From an uncultured delta proteobacterium (GTDB lineage: Bacteria; Desulfobacterota; Binatia; UBA9968), in assembly GCA_963760795.1 (NCBI GenBank), contig CAVXEP010000004.1, forward strand, positions 64,001-128,000: a DNA stretch of 64,000 nucleotides. Reading direction: 5' to 3'. The first letter of the stretch is position 1; each line of letters starts with the position of its first letter. Under the pieces are notes generated by a model. It was not told the DNA's origin. It saw only the letters and a list, made by a program, of their open reading frames with translations, and made no database searches. Shown piece by piece: positions 51,521 to 60,870 of this stretch. The position numbers were made by a program, and so were the translations under genes.

Positions 51521-53404
51521 GTGAATAAGATCGACTTCAGTTACGCGGGCGTGATTCGTCTCGCCGTGACGGTGAGCGCCGTCGCGATGGGCCTCTATCA
51601 CATGTGGGTGATCGTCGCCGGCCAGCCGGAAGCGATTATCTTCCGCGGCACCCACCTGCTCTTTGCGCTGATTCTGGTCTTTCTAATTTATGGCACCCGC
51701 GTAAATATCCAAAGGCCGATTCCGAGCCTTTTCGACTACACCTGGCTCGCCCTCGGTGTCGCTTCACTGGTCTACCTGTTCATCAATTACGAATACGTCG
51801 TCACGCGCATCTATTACATCGACGCGCTGACGCCGGCCGACATGATCTTCGGCGCGATCCTGCTCGTGGTCGTCACCGAAGCGACCCGCCGCTGTGTCGA
51901 CCTGTCGCTGCCGGTCACCTCGATTCTGTTCCTCCTGTACGGACTGTTCATTGCCAAGCTCGAGCCAATGCGCATCCTCGATCAGCTCTACATGACCACC
52001 GAAGGGGTTTTCGGCCAGGCGCTCGCGGTGTCGGCGTCGTTCGTGATTATCTTCGTCGTGTTCGGCGCTTTTATGGAGCGCACCGGCGTCGGCCAATTGT
52101 TCATGGACTTTGCCATGGCGCTTACCGGCCACAGCGCCGGCGGTCCCGGCAAGGTCTCGGTGATCAGCTCGAGCCTGTTCGGCACGATCTCCGGCAGCGC
52201 GGTCGCCAACGTCATGGTCGACGGACCGATTTCGATCCCGCTGATGAAACGCTCGGGCTTTCCGCCACACTTCGCGGCCGGCGTCGAGGCCACGGCGTCG
52301 ACCGGTGGCCAGATCATGCCGCCGATCATGGGCGCCGCCGCGTTCGTGATGGCGGAGTTCTTGGCCGTCCCTTACAGCCAGGTGGTGATCTGGGCGATCA
52401 TTCCGGCGATTCTCTACTACGTCGCCTGCTTCGCCGCGGTTCATTTCGAGGCCAAACGTCGCGGCATCGTCGGCGTGCCCCGCTCGGAGCTGCCGAAGCT
52501 GCCGGGCGTCATAGCCGAGCGCGGACATCTCTTCCTGCCAATCGTCATTCTGTTAACCGTCATGTATTCTGGCTATAGCGCGCCGCTTGCAGCCCTCGCC
52601 GGCACGGTCGCCTGCTTCCCGGCGGCCGCGCTTCGCAAGTCGACGCGCGTCAACGTCAGGCCGTCGATTGTCATAGAGGCGATGGTGGACGGCGCCAAGA
52701 ATTCGCTCGCGGTCGCGCTGGCCTGCGCTTCCGCCGGCATCATGATCGGCGTGGTGACGCTGTCGGGCCTGGGCATCGTATTCACCCAGTGGGTGGTCGC
52801 GCTGGCGCAGGACAGCCTGTTCATCGCGCTCTTCATGACGATGCTTGCCGGCATCGTGCTCGGTACCGGCCTGCCGACGACACCTTCTTATATTCTCCTT
52901 ACCGCGTTGCTCATCCCCGCGATCATGAAGCTCGGCGTGATCGAGCCGGCTGCCCATATGTTCGCTTTCTATTACGCGATTCTCTCGGCGATCACGCCGC
53001 CGGTGGCGCTCGCCGTGTTTGCCGCGGCCGGACTGGCGAAAGCGGATATGTGGGAAAGCGGCTGGGCCGCCATGAAGGTCGGCGCCGCCGGCTTCATCAT
53101 CCCGTTTATGTTCGTCTATCAGCCGGCGCTGTTGATGATCGGCGACTGGCCGACGATTATCTGGAGCTTTTCGACGGCTTGTGTGGGCATCGCGCTATTC
53201 GCTGGCGGGCTGCACGGTTATTTCATCACCGCCGCTTCCTACCGGCAGCGCGCCTTACTCACCGCCGGCGGGATATGCCTGGTTTTTCCTGGGATCTGGA
53301 CCGATCTTGCCGGAGCCGGCTTCGCGGCCATCGTCATCGTGAGCCAGCTCACCCGGCGCCGCGCCGCCGGCAGCCAAACCGTTAAGCAAGCACAGCCGCA
53401 ATGA
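51521..53404 (+). CDS. TRAP transporter fused 4TM/12TM permease
   Basis: SGSAVANV, EA.ASTGGQIMPPIMGAAAF, ITPPVALA; start approximate because the ORF start at 51425 lies in a repeat. Confidence 0.92.
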   Translation: MNKIDFSYAGVIRLAVTVSAVAMGLYHMWVIVAGQPEAIIFRGTHLLFALILVFLIYGTRVNIQRPIPSLFDYTWLALGVASLVYLFINYEYVVTRIYYIDALTPADMIFGAILLVVVTEATRRCVDLSLPVTSILFLLYGLFIAKLEPMRILDQLYMTTEGVFGQALAVSASFVIIFVVFGAFMERTGVGQLFMDFAMALTGHSAGGPGKVSVISSSLFGTISGSAVANVMVDGPISIPLMKRSGFPPHFAAGVEATASTGGQIMPPIMGAAAFVMAEFLAVPYSQVVIWAIIPAILYYVACFAAVHFEAKRRGIVGVPRSELPKLPGVIAERGHLFLPIVILLTVMYSGYSAPLAALAGTVACFPAAALRKSTRVNVRPSIVIEAMVDGAKNSLAVALACASAGIMIGVVTLSGLGIVFTQWVVALAQDSLFIALFMTMLAGIVLGTGLPTTPSYILLTALLIPAIMKLGVIEPAAHMFAFYYAILSAITPPVALAVFAAAGLAKADMWESGWAAMKVGAAGFIIPFMFVYQPALLMIGDWPTIIWSFSTACVGIALFAGGLHGYFITAASYRQRALLTAGGICLVFPGIWTDLAGAGFAAIVIVSQLTRRRAAGSQTVKQAQPQ

Positions 53405-53713
53405 GTCGGCGCGTACGCCCTGCTCCTTAGCACCAGCGCCGCCGGTCATGACCATGCCAAATGAATTAACCGAATCGAAATCCCCGCGCGGTCGATGGCG
53501 AATTAGCCACTTCGGAGTTTGGCAACAGGAATTCGATGATAAGAAGAAAAACGGTCCTTCCTTTAGTTTATAGCACGCCGGCACCGATACGATCTTGCGC
53601 TCCTCGTCCCATTCTCGGTCTTTGAAGCGCGAAGTACGCAACCCAGTGTTACCATTCAAGCAATTAAATGATCCTGTAATCTTCGCGAAGCAAATATTGG
53701 CATCGGGCGTCGT

Positions 53714-54433
53714 TCAGTTTTCCCCCGCCACCCCCAGAAACTCGCTATCGAGCGCCACTTCCTGCACCGAGCCATGGACTGCGCGCATGCTGTAAGCCCG
53801 CGCGCCGCGCTTGGACGCGATCACTTTATGAATCTCACTGCCAATGAAATGCACGCCGGTCCAGTCTTCGATGGCGACACCGGCGGCGATTTCACCGGCG
53901 GTCAACAACTTATGCAACGACGGCCGGCGCTGCGCTTCGCCGTCGTAGTGCGGACAACAACTGCCAGGAAGAAAACCCAGACAGTCGAGCGGCCGTAGTC
54001 CGTCGGAAAAAGAATCGGTCAACCCCTGCTCGAACCAGCAGATCGCACCGGCGCTCACGCCGGTGAGCACGATGCCGGATTGCCAGGCCTCGCGGAGTAT
54101 CTCGATGGCGCCCCAATCGCGCCACACGGCGATCAAGCTTTTCGTGTTGCCGCCGCCGACGAAGATGACGTCCTGGTTGAGCAGGAACGAGCGCAAGTCC
54201 GGCGTCCGCTTGAAAAACGTCAGCACCGAAGGTTGGCAGCCAAGCTTTAAGAACGCGGTATAGAAACTGGCGACATAATGATCCGGCTCGCCGCTCGCCG
54301 TCGGGATGAAGCAGACGCGCGGGTTGTCCGATCCGCTTTGCCGAATGACGTATTTCTCCAGTTCAAGATTCTCTGCATCCCGGTAAAATCCGCCGCCGCC
54401 GATGGGAATGATCTGTTTGGGTTTCTCCGCCAC
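53714..54433 (-). CDS. Peptidase E (S51) family protein
   Basis: IGGGG, FIPTAS, VGGGNT, GVSAGA, PHYD. Confidence 0.9.
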   Translation of the reverse strand: MAEKPKQIIPIGGGGFYRDAENLELEKYVIRQSGSDNPRVCFIPTASGEPDHYVASFYTAFLKLGCQPSVLTFFKRTPDLRSFLLNQDVIFVGGGNTKSLIAVWRDWGAIEILREAWQSGIVLTGVSAGAICWFEQGLTDSFSDGLRPLDCLGFLPGSCCPHYDGEAQRRPSLHKLLTAGEIAAGVAIEDWTGVHFIGSEIHKVIASKRGARAYSMRAVHGSVQEVALDSEFLGVAGEN

Positions 54434-54449
54434 TCTCTCTCCTCTGCTG

Positions 54450-55758
54450 CTAATACAATTTCACACGCCCACTTCCCTCCGCCCCAATTGTCGACGCCGC
54501 CGATGATCATATCGCGCGCGTCGAGTGTCAAAGCATTGGACGCCGGCGTCGTCGGAGCGCCGGGATAGGTCAAGACACGAATATCGCGGTAGGGACCGAT
54601 GACTTTCTCCGCCGCGGGTAATTCGATCCAGCGATCGCGGCTGCCGGTGCTGACCACGGCGTCCGCTTCAGCGGCGTAGAATAGCAGCGGCGAATCGACA
54701 CCGTCTTTGCCGCCGTACTCGTAAGTGACGAGAACGGTTTTGATGCCGAGCCCCTCGCAGGCGCGAATCGTCAACATCATCTCGACGAAGGCATTGCCCG
54801 AGCCGAGCCAGGTTAGCAGCACCGCGTCGGCGCCCAAACTTTGCGCCAACCGCGCCGCGTTGTGGGCAACGACTTCTTTGGCGTGATGGGTCTCATAGGA
54901 GATGCGCTCTATGATGACGCCGGCAAAATCGACATTGCCCGCCGCTTGCTCGCGGCACAAGCCCAGCGCCAATGGGTGATTCTGCCAATCCCAGGTCGTC
55001 GGGTAATAGCCGATGCCGCGGGTGGTGTTCATGGTCATCGCGCCGTCGAATAATTCATTGGGGTTGAGTGCCGTCGGCAACGACTCGCGGATCGGCAGGC
55101 CATAGTAACTCACGCCGGCATGGGGCTGCTGCGCTTGGGTGATGCAGCCTTGAATCAACACCACCCGTGGCCGCGCGCTGCGCTGCGCCGGCGATGAGAA
55201 AATCTCCGTGCGCGCAGCGGTCAGTCCTTTGGTCGTTTCGGCGAGCTTGCACGCGACTTGATAGGCCGCGTGCTGAATCGCCTGGTGCGCTTCCAGTTCG
55301 CCCAAGCCGGCGCGAATTTCCAGGCTCAACACCAGATGGCGCAGCCCGCTAAAGCGCGATGCCGCCGCGCCGGCGCCCCACATGTCGAGGATGGCGCTGC
55401 GCTGCACGCCGGTGCCGGCGCGAATCGTGCCCTCGTACGCCGCGGCAGCGAGCACGGCCATGCCGGAAAGCCGATGGGTTACACCATCGCCCACCGTCAC
55501 CACCGGACCGATCACGCCGGGAAATACTTGCGCGTCATTATCGAACTTGACTCGCGGCTCGATGACATCGCGGATGCCGGTGACCCGCACCGGTTCGCCC
55601 GGCGACACCACGTCTAGTTGCGCACTGTCAATGCGCGCATCTTGGCGCACCAGCCGAGTCAGATCCTCACGGTCAACTTCCAACAGTTCATCGTGATAAC
55701 CAGATACGCTACCGAGGCGAATCTGCCGCACCGGAAATTCTGCCAAGGTAAGTTGCAT
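54450..55758 (-). CDS. Glycine/sarcosine/betaine reductase component B partner subunit (GrdE-like), copy 2
   Basis: PGE.VRVTGIRDVIEPRVK, G.G.THRLSG, NPNE.FDGA, QNHP, GIKTV; likely +1 indel in the last codons (CELY-stop at 54450 parallels CAAY-stop of copy 1). Confidence 0.85.
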
Positions 55759-55852
55759 GGAGTTTTTCGCTTGGAAACGATAGGTAGCGCGAAGCACAAC
55801 CGATCCGATTTTGGAACCTGTGGAACCGTTGGAACAATTGGAACGTGTTTTT

Positions 55853-56851
55853 TTATTGAAACAGCCCGTCCTTCTCCAACTTGCGCACGATTGAATCGTC
55901 GACGATATTAGCGGCCTTGAGCTGGCGAATTTTTTCATTGCCGAGGCCGAGCAGACGAATCGCGTTGTTGATCCCCTCGGGATTCGGGAACGCGCGCCGC
56001 TCATAGACATTGCGAATCACTTCGTACCCCTCTTCCGCTTCCTCTGGCCGGACGATCTGCAAATTTTTCGTCAGGGTCGCGACCACCGCACCCTTATTGG
56101 ATGGGCGCTGAATGAAAGCGATCGCTTCGACTAAAGCGCGGATCACTTTCTCCGCCGTGGCAGAGTTCGAGTTCAAATAACTTCGGCGCGCTAAAATCGC
56201 CGTGCTCTGAAACGGCACGCCGAGTTTGGTCAGGTCCGCCATCACACGAAAACCCTGCTTCTTGAGCATGGTCGCATAGGCGTAGCCGGCGTAAGTCGCG
56301 TCGATACTGCCCAACATCAAGGACTGCACCATCACGGATTCATCGCCAACGATGCGCAGGTTGATGCCGTCCCGTTTAGGATCGAGTCCCCAGTGTTCGA
56401 GCACCAGCTGGGTGATCATCCAGACGCCGCCACCGATGCTCTGGATACCGATGTTCTTGCCCTTCAAATCGGCCGGCGACGCAATCGCCGGCGACGCCAC
56501 CATGGTGCCGTTGAGTTTGTTGGCCAAGCCGGCGATGAAAGCCAGGTCGAGGCCGTTGGCGATGGCGCCGAGCACGGAGCCATTGGCCGACCCCGAATAG
56601 AACTGCGCCTCGCCCGCCGATAGCGCCGACAACGCCACCGCGGCGTTGCGCATGAAGATCAGATTCACATCCAGATCGTACTTGCGAAAGAAGCCCTGAT
56701 CCCGCGCCACCAGCAAAGCGCCGGCGCCGCGCTCGTTGAGCGACGCGTAGGCGATGACGATTTTGCTCGGCGCCGTGGCCGCGCCGGCGAACTCCATCGT
56801 CGCGAGTAAAGCAATTAATTGCATCGCAATAGCCGTTGCCAGTCTTTTCAT
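55853..56851 (-). CDS. ABC substrate-binding protein, NitT/TauT (SsuA/THI5-like)
   Basis: Signal peptide; VARDQGFFRKYDLD, DLKGK.IG.QSIGGG.W. Confidence 0.88.
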   Translation of the reverse strand: MKRLATAIAMQLIALLATMEFAGAATAPSKIVIAYASLNERGAGALLVARDQGFFRKYDLDVNLIFMRNAAVALSALSAGEAQFYSGSANGSVLGAIANGLDLAFIAGLANKLNGTMVASPAIASPADLKGKNIGIQSIGGGVWMITQLVLEHWGLDPKRDGINLRIVGDESVMVQSLMLGSIDATYAGYAYATMLKKQGFRVMADLTKLGVPFQSTAILARRSYLNSNSATAEKVIRALVEAIAFIQRPSNKGAVVATLTKNLQIVRPEEAEEGYEVIRNVYERRAFPNPEGINNAIRLLGLGNEKIRQLKAANIVDDSIVRKLEKDGLFQ

Positions 56852-56867
56852 CTTCGCTCCGTTTGCA

Positions 56868-58172
56868 TCAATAAGCGGCGCAGTTCCAGCCGCCGCGGCC
56901 CCAATAATCGACGCCGCCGAGAATCATGTCGCGGGCGTCAAGCGTGAACGGGCCCCGCGCCGAAGTTAGCGGCGCGCCCGGATAAGTCAACACTTTGATT
57001 TCCTCGTAGGGACCGACAATTTTTTCCGCCGCCGGCAGTTCGATCCAACGATCGCGGCTGCCGGTGCTGGTCATGGCGCTCGCCGCCGGCGTGTAAAACA
57101 GCAGCGGCGAATCGACGCCGTCTTTGCCGCCGTATTCGTAAGTGACCAAATTGGTCTTGATGCCGCGCCCCTCGCAGGCGCGCAAGGTCAGCATGACATC
57201 GACAAAGGCGTTGCCGGAACCGATCCAGGACAGCAGCGCTGCATCGGCGCCCAGCATGGTCGCCAATTGCGCGGTATTCTGGGCGATCACTTCTTTGCCA
57301 TGAAAGGTATCGAAGGCGATGCGTTCGAGGATGACACCGAGAAAGTTGACGCTGCGGCGATGCGCGCGATAGAGCCCGAGCAGCAACGGATGATTCTGCC
57401 AATCCCAGGTGACCGGGAAGTAGGCCAGGCATCGAGTGGCGTACATGGTGAACGCGCCGTCGAGAAACTCATTGGGATGCACCGTGGTCGCCAGCGAGTC
57501 GCGGACCGGCAGGCCGAAATAGCCGACGCCGGAGTGCGGATTGCCGGCATCGGTCAAACAGCCTTGAATGAGCAGGACACTTGGCAGCGTCGGATCGGCG
57601 CCGCCTAATTCAAAGACCTCGATTTGCGCCGGACTCAATCCAAGCGTCACTTCAGCCAGGCGCTTGGCGGTTTCTAAAGCGGCACGCTGAATGATTGTGT
57701 GCGCGGCGAGTTCCGACAACCCCTTCGCCAGGCGCAGATTCAGAACTAATCCGTTGAGCCCGCTGAATGACGACGCCGCCGCGCCGCCGCCCCACATATC
57801 GAGGATCGCGCTGCGCTGCACGCCGAGCCCGGCGCGCACCATGCCCTCGTACTCGGCCGTGACGAACACAGCCATGCCGGAGAGCCGATGTGTCCGGCCC
57901 TCCCCGACCGGCTGCACCGGCCCAAGCACGCCGGGAAACACTTGCCCCGAGCCGCTCACTTTGACGCGCGGCTCGACGACATCGCGGATGCCGGTGATGC
58001 GAACTTTATCGCCGGGTGAGACGACATCGAGCCAGGCCGCCGCGATGCGGCTCTCCTGCAAGACCGATTGCTCGATGGCCGACTTGTCAACGGTCAGCTG
58101 CCCAGCGGCGTAGTGAAACCGATCGGCGAGCTTGATGCTCGCCACCGGAAACTCCGCCAACTCAAGACGCAT
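56868..58172 (-). CDS. Glycine/sarcosine/betaine reductase component B partner subunit (GrdE-like), copy 1
   Basis: MRLELA, PGDKVRITGIRDVVEPRVK, GEGRTHRLSG, HPNEFLDGA, QNHP, GIKT. Confidence 0.88.
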   Translation of the reverse strand: MRLELAEFPVASIKLADRFHYAAGQLTVDKSAIEQSVLQESRIAAAWLDVVSPGDKVRITGIRDVVEPRVKVSGSGQVFPGVLGPVQPVGEGRTHRLSGMAVFVTAEYEGMVRAGLGVQRSAILDMWGGGAAASSFSGLNGLVLNLRLAKGLSELAAHTIIQRAALETAKRLAEVTLGLSPAQIEVFELGGADPTLPSVLLIQGCLTDAGNPHSGVGYFGLPVRDSLATTVHPNEFLDGAFTMYATRCLAYFPVTWDWQNHPLLLGLYRAHRRSVNFLGVILERIAFDTFHGKEVIAQNTAQLATMLGADAALLSWIGSGNAFVDVMLTLRACEGRGIKTNLVTYEYGGKDGVDSPLLFYTPAASAMTSTGSRDRWIELPAAEKIVGPYEEIKVLTYPGAPLTSARGPFTLDARDMILGGVDYWGRGGWNCAAY

Positions 58173-58230
58173 GGATAATTCCTAGACAAATACCGCAACG
58201 CAGGAATACTCCTACCAAGGTGCTCATAAC

Positions 58231-58319
58231 ATCCCCCTTTGAAAAAGGGGGACCGAGGGGGATTTGAAGTTTACGAGCATGAGAAAATCCCCCCTTCCCC
58301 CCTTTTTCAAAGGGGGGAT
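58231..58319. repeat. CCCCCTTT..AAAGGGGG inverted pair
   Basis: ATCCCCCTTTGAAAAAGGGGGACCGAGGGGGATTT ... AAATCCCCCCTTCCCCCCTTTTTCAAAGGGGGGAT. Confidence 0.8.
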
Positions 58320-58395
58320 AAACTCAACGAACTTATAGGTCATCATCGTAAACGGATGAACGAACACGAGCCGCGAACACGATCACGACTCCCCC

Positions 58396-59736
58396 TCACG
58401 CGCTCGTCGCGATCTTCGGCGTGAACACCGTCGACGATTCGACCTTCGCCTCAAGCGCCTTCAGTGCCGTCGAGACAATCTCGCGGCGCAACTGCGCGTC
58501 CAGCGCGGCGGGCAAGCTTGGATCGCCGCAGGGGTGCGGGATCGATACGCCTTTGACGATACGGCTGGCGCCCACCTGCTCCGCCACCGGATACATCGCA
58601 CTGATCATCGCCACCGGAAGTTTCGCTCGATCGAGTTCTTTGCTAATCACAGCGCCGCTGCGACTACAGGTGCCTCAAGTTGCCACCAGCAAGACCGCTT
58701 CGACGCCGTCCTTTTTTAGATCGGCGGCGATCTCCTGGCCGACCCGGCGCATCACCGCCGGCGAGCCCTGGTTGCCGGGGATCACGTAATAAGCCGGATA
58801 GAGTTTGCCCCGGCCGATCTTGCCGTCGGCTTCCAAAGACCGCAGCGCATCGAGGGGCATGCCGTAGTGCGGGTTTTGATTCATAAAGGCGACGTTGTAA
58901 CCGCCATGCACCGCTTCCCACTGGCCCGGCTCCAACGCTTTCAGCTCGGAGAAATTATATTTACGCCAAAATGTATTGCGATAGGTTTTGAAGCCGTCGG
59001 GATTGCCCCAGGGCACCACGCCGCCGGTGCAAATCACCGCCAAATTGGCCGCGGCGGTATCGGCCAGCGCTGCCGCCGGCTCGACTTTGTCCCAAACCTC
59101 CATGGGGATCTCAGTGGTGAAGGGCTTGCCGTCGATCTTGGCGAGCAACATTTCGATGGCGCGATCCGCGCCGCTCTTGTCGACGCGCACCAGCCGGCGA
59201 ATGCCGCGCGGCAAATATCCCTCGTCCGCCGCCGGCCCGATCTCTTCGCCGTTGGCCAAACGGCAGGCGAAGGTTGCCAGCGCCGCCAGCGCGCGCGCCA
59301 TGCCCGACGCGGTTTCCGCCGTCGGCAGTAAAAACACTTTGTCGTTGTGATTGTCGCGGTAGACGCCGACGCCGGGGTTTTCCGGCTCCATGCCGGTGAC
59401 GCAGCGCATGTCAAGCTTCTCGCTCACCGCCTGGCAAATATCCACGCAGGCGAGCCCATAACGCCCGGCGTTAAACGCCGGACCGGCGATAACCACATCT
59501 GGTTTTTGTTTTTCTAATTCGGCGGTAATGGCCGCCAGCGCGTCGTCTTTGTGTTCATGAAAATAATTGTCGCCAAAGTAAAGCGTCGCGACCACCTGGC
59601 CGCGCTCGGCCAGCTGGGTTTGCAGACCGCGAGCCGCCCCCGCTGCGCCGTCGGCGACGGCGACAGCGATATCGGCCTTGTCCTCGCCGCCGATGCCGGC
59701 GAAAAACTGATTAAGGATATGAACGATGCGGATCAT
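58396..59736 (-). CDS. grdB: Glycine/betaine/sarcosine reductase family selenoprotein B (446 aa, Sec354)
   Basis: NQFFAGIGGEDKAD, GDNYF, AGPAFNAGRYG.AC, GM..ENPG, HGGY, VLLVAT-U-GTC; TGA 58677-58675 in frame with IPHPCGDP downstream. Confidence 0.93.
58644..58666 (-). promoter_or_regulatory. Putative bacterial SECIS element of grdB
   Basis: TAGTCGCAGC-GGC-GCTGTGATTA, 10-bp stem with 2 G-U pairs; loop starts 19 nt after UGA. Confidence 0.7.
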
Positions 59737-59782
59737 GATTTATCCCTCCATCGACGGCTGGTTTAGCGCCACCGCCGTAAAG

Positions 59783-60784
59783 TCATTGCGTCTCCAACTT
59801 GCGTGCGATGCGATCGTCAACCAGATCTTCCACTTTTAGCTTGGTGTACTTGGGATCGACTTTACCCAGCACCCGCAAGGCGTTTTGCATGCCCTCGCGG
59901 GTTGGTGCGATGCGCCGGTCGTAGAGCAGCCGCATGCGTTCGTACAAGTCATCGGTGTTATCGTTGGGCGATAGCCGCAACCATTTACGAATGCTGCGCA
60001 CCACCGCCGCTTGATTGCTTTTGTCCCGGACAAAACTGTTGGCCTTGATGAAGCCGCGCAAAGTCTTCTCTACTACGTCCGGCGAGCTGGCAATAAATCC
60101 CCGCCGCGCCGCCAGCCCGGTTCCCTGGTATGGAATGTTGAGCGCCGTCAAATCCGCCAACAGCCGACCGCCGCTGCGTTGCAAGGCAGAATTATAGGCG
60201 TAGCCCCATACCGAGCCATCGATCAGCCCGGCGTTTAATGATTGCACCAGCACCGACTGGTCGCCGATCACCCGCATCTGAATCTTATCGCGCTCCGGGC
60301 TCAAGCCCCAGTGATCCAACGTCATCATGACAAACATCCATATGCCGCCGCCGATGCTTTGCACGCCGAGCGTCTTGCCTTTCAAATCCTCGGGCTTTTG
60401 GACTTTCGATGAGACGTAAAAGTAACCGTCCAGTTTATTGATCATTCCCGCCACCCAGACCAGATCGAGCCCGCTTGAGATGGCGCCGAGAGCGGAACCG
60501 GTGGCCGACACGGTGTAGAACTCGGCTTCGTTGGCGGCCATCGCAGCCACTGCCACCGGGCCCGTGTTTACCTGAACCAGGTCTGCGTCCAAGCCCTGCT
60601 CTTCGAAGAAACGTTGATCCTTGGCGACAAAGAACAGGCCCATGCGCTCGCTGAAGTCGGCATAGAGGATGCGCACGCGCTTATTGGGCGCCGGCGTCGC
60701 CGCCAGCGAAGTGCCGAGGCAACAAACGAGCCATACCGCCGCCATCGCGCCGGCGGCGAATTTAACCCAGGTCGTGTGCATCAT
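59783..60784 (-). CDS. ABC substrate-binding protein, NitT/TauT (SsuA/THI5-like)
   Basis: AAGGAG RBS; signal peptide; VAKDQRFFEEQGLD, DLKGK.LGVQSIGGG.W; paralogue of 55853-56851. Confidence 0.88.
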   Translation of the reverse strand: MMHTTWVKFAAGAMAAVWLVCCLGTSLAATPAPNKRVRILYADFSERMGLFFVAKDQRFFEEQGLDADLVQVNTGPVAVAAMAANEAEFYTVSATGSALGAISSGLDLVWVAGMINKLDGYFYVSSKVQKPEDLKGKTLGVQSIGGGIWMFVMMTLDHWGLSPERDKIQMRVIGDQSVLVQSLNAGLIDGSVWGYAYNSALQRSGGRLLADLTALNIPYQGTGLAARRGFIASSPDVVEKTLRGFIKANSFVRDKSNQAAVVRSIRKWLRLSPNDNTDDLYERMRLLYDRRIAPTREGMQNALRVLGKVDPKYTKLKVEDLVDDRIARKLETQ

Positions 60785-60870
60785 CGCTGGCTCCTTTCCG
60801 GCCGATTCGTCGATCCCCATGACCATGTAGCGCGCTTCCTTGAATAACTCCACCCGGTGTAAAATTGCAA

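Noticed and set aside
53408-53700. Possible small gene between the TRAP permease and peptidase E (hoped-for grdA)
   Set aside because: No frame with an RBS or a CxxU motif was found; the region looks non-coding or degraded
54247-56010. 587-aa ORF as a fusion protein
   Set aside because: The N-terminal extension overlaps the SBP gene and a repeat; the C-terminal extension overlaps peptidase E and is explained by a +1 indel
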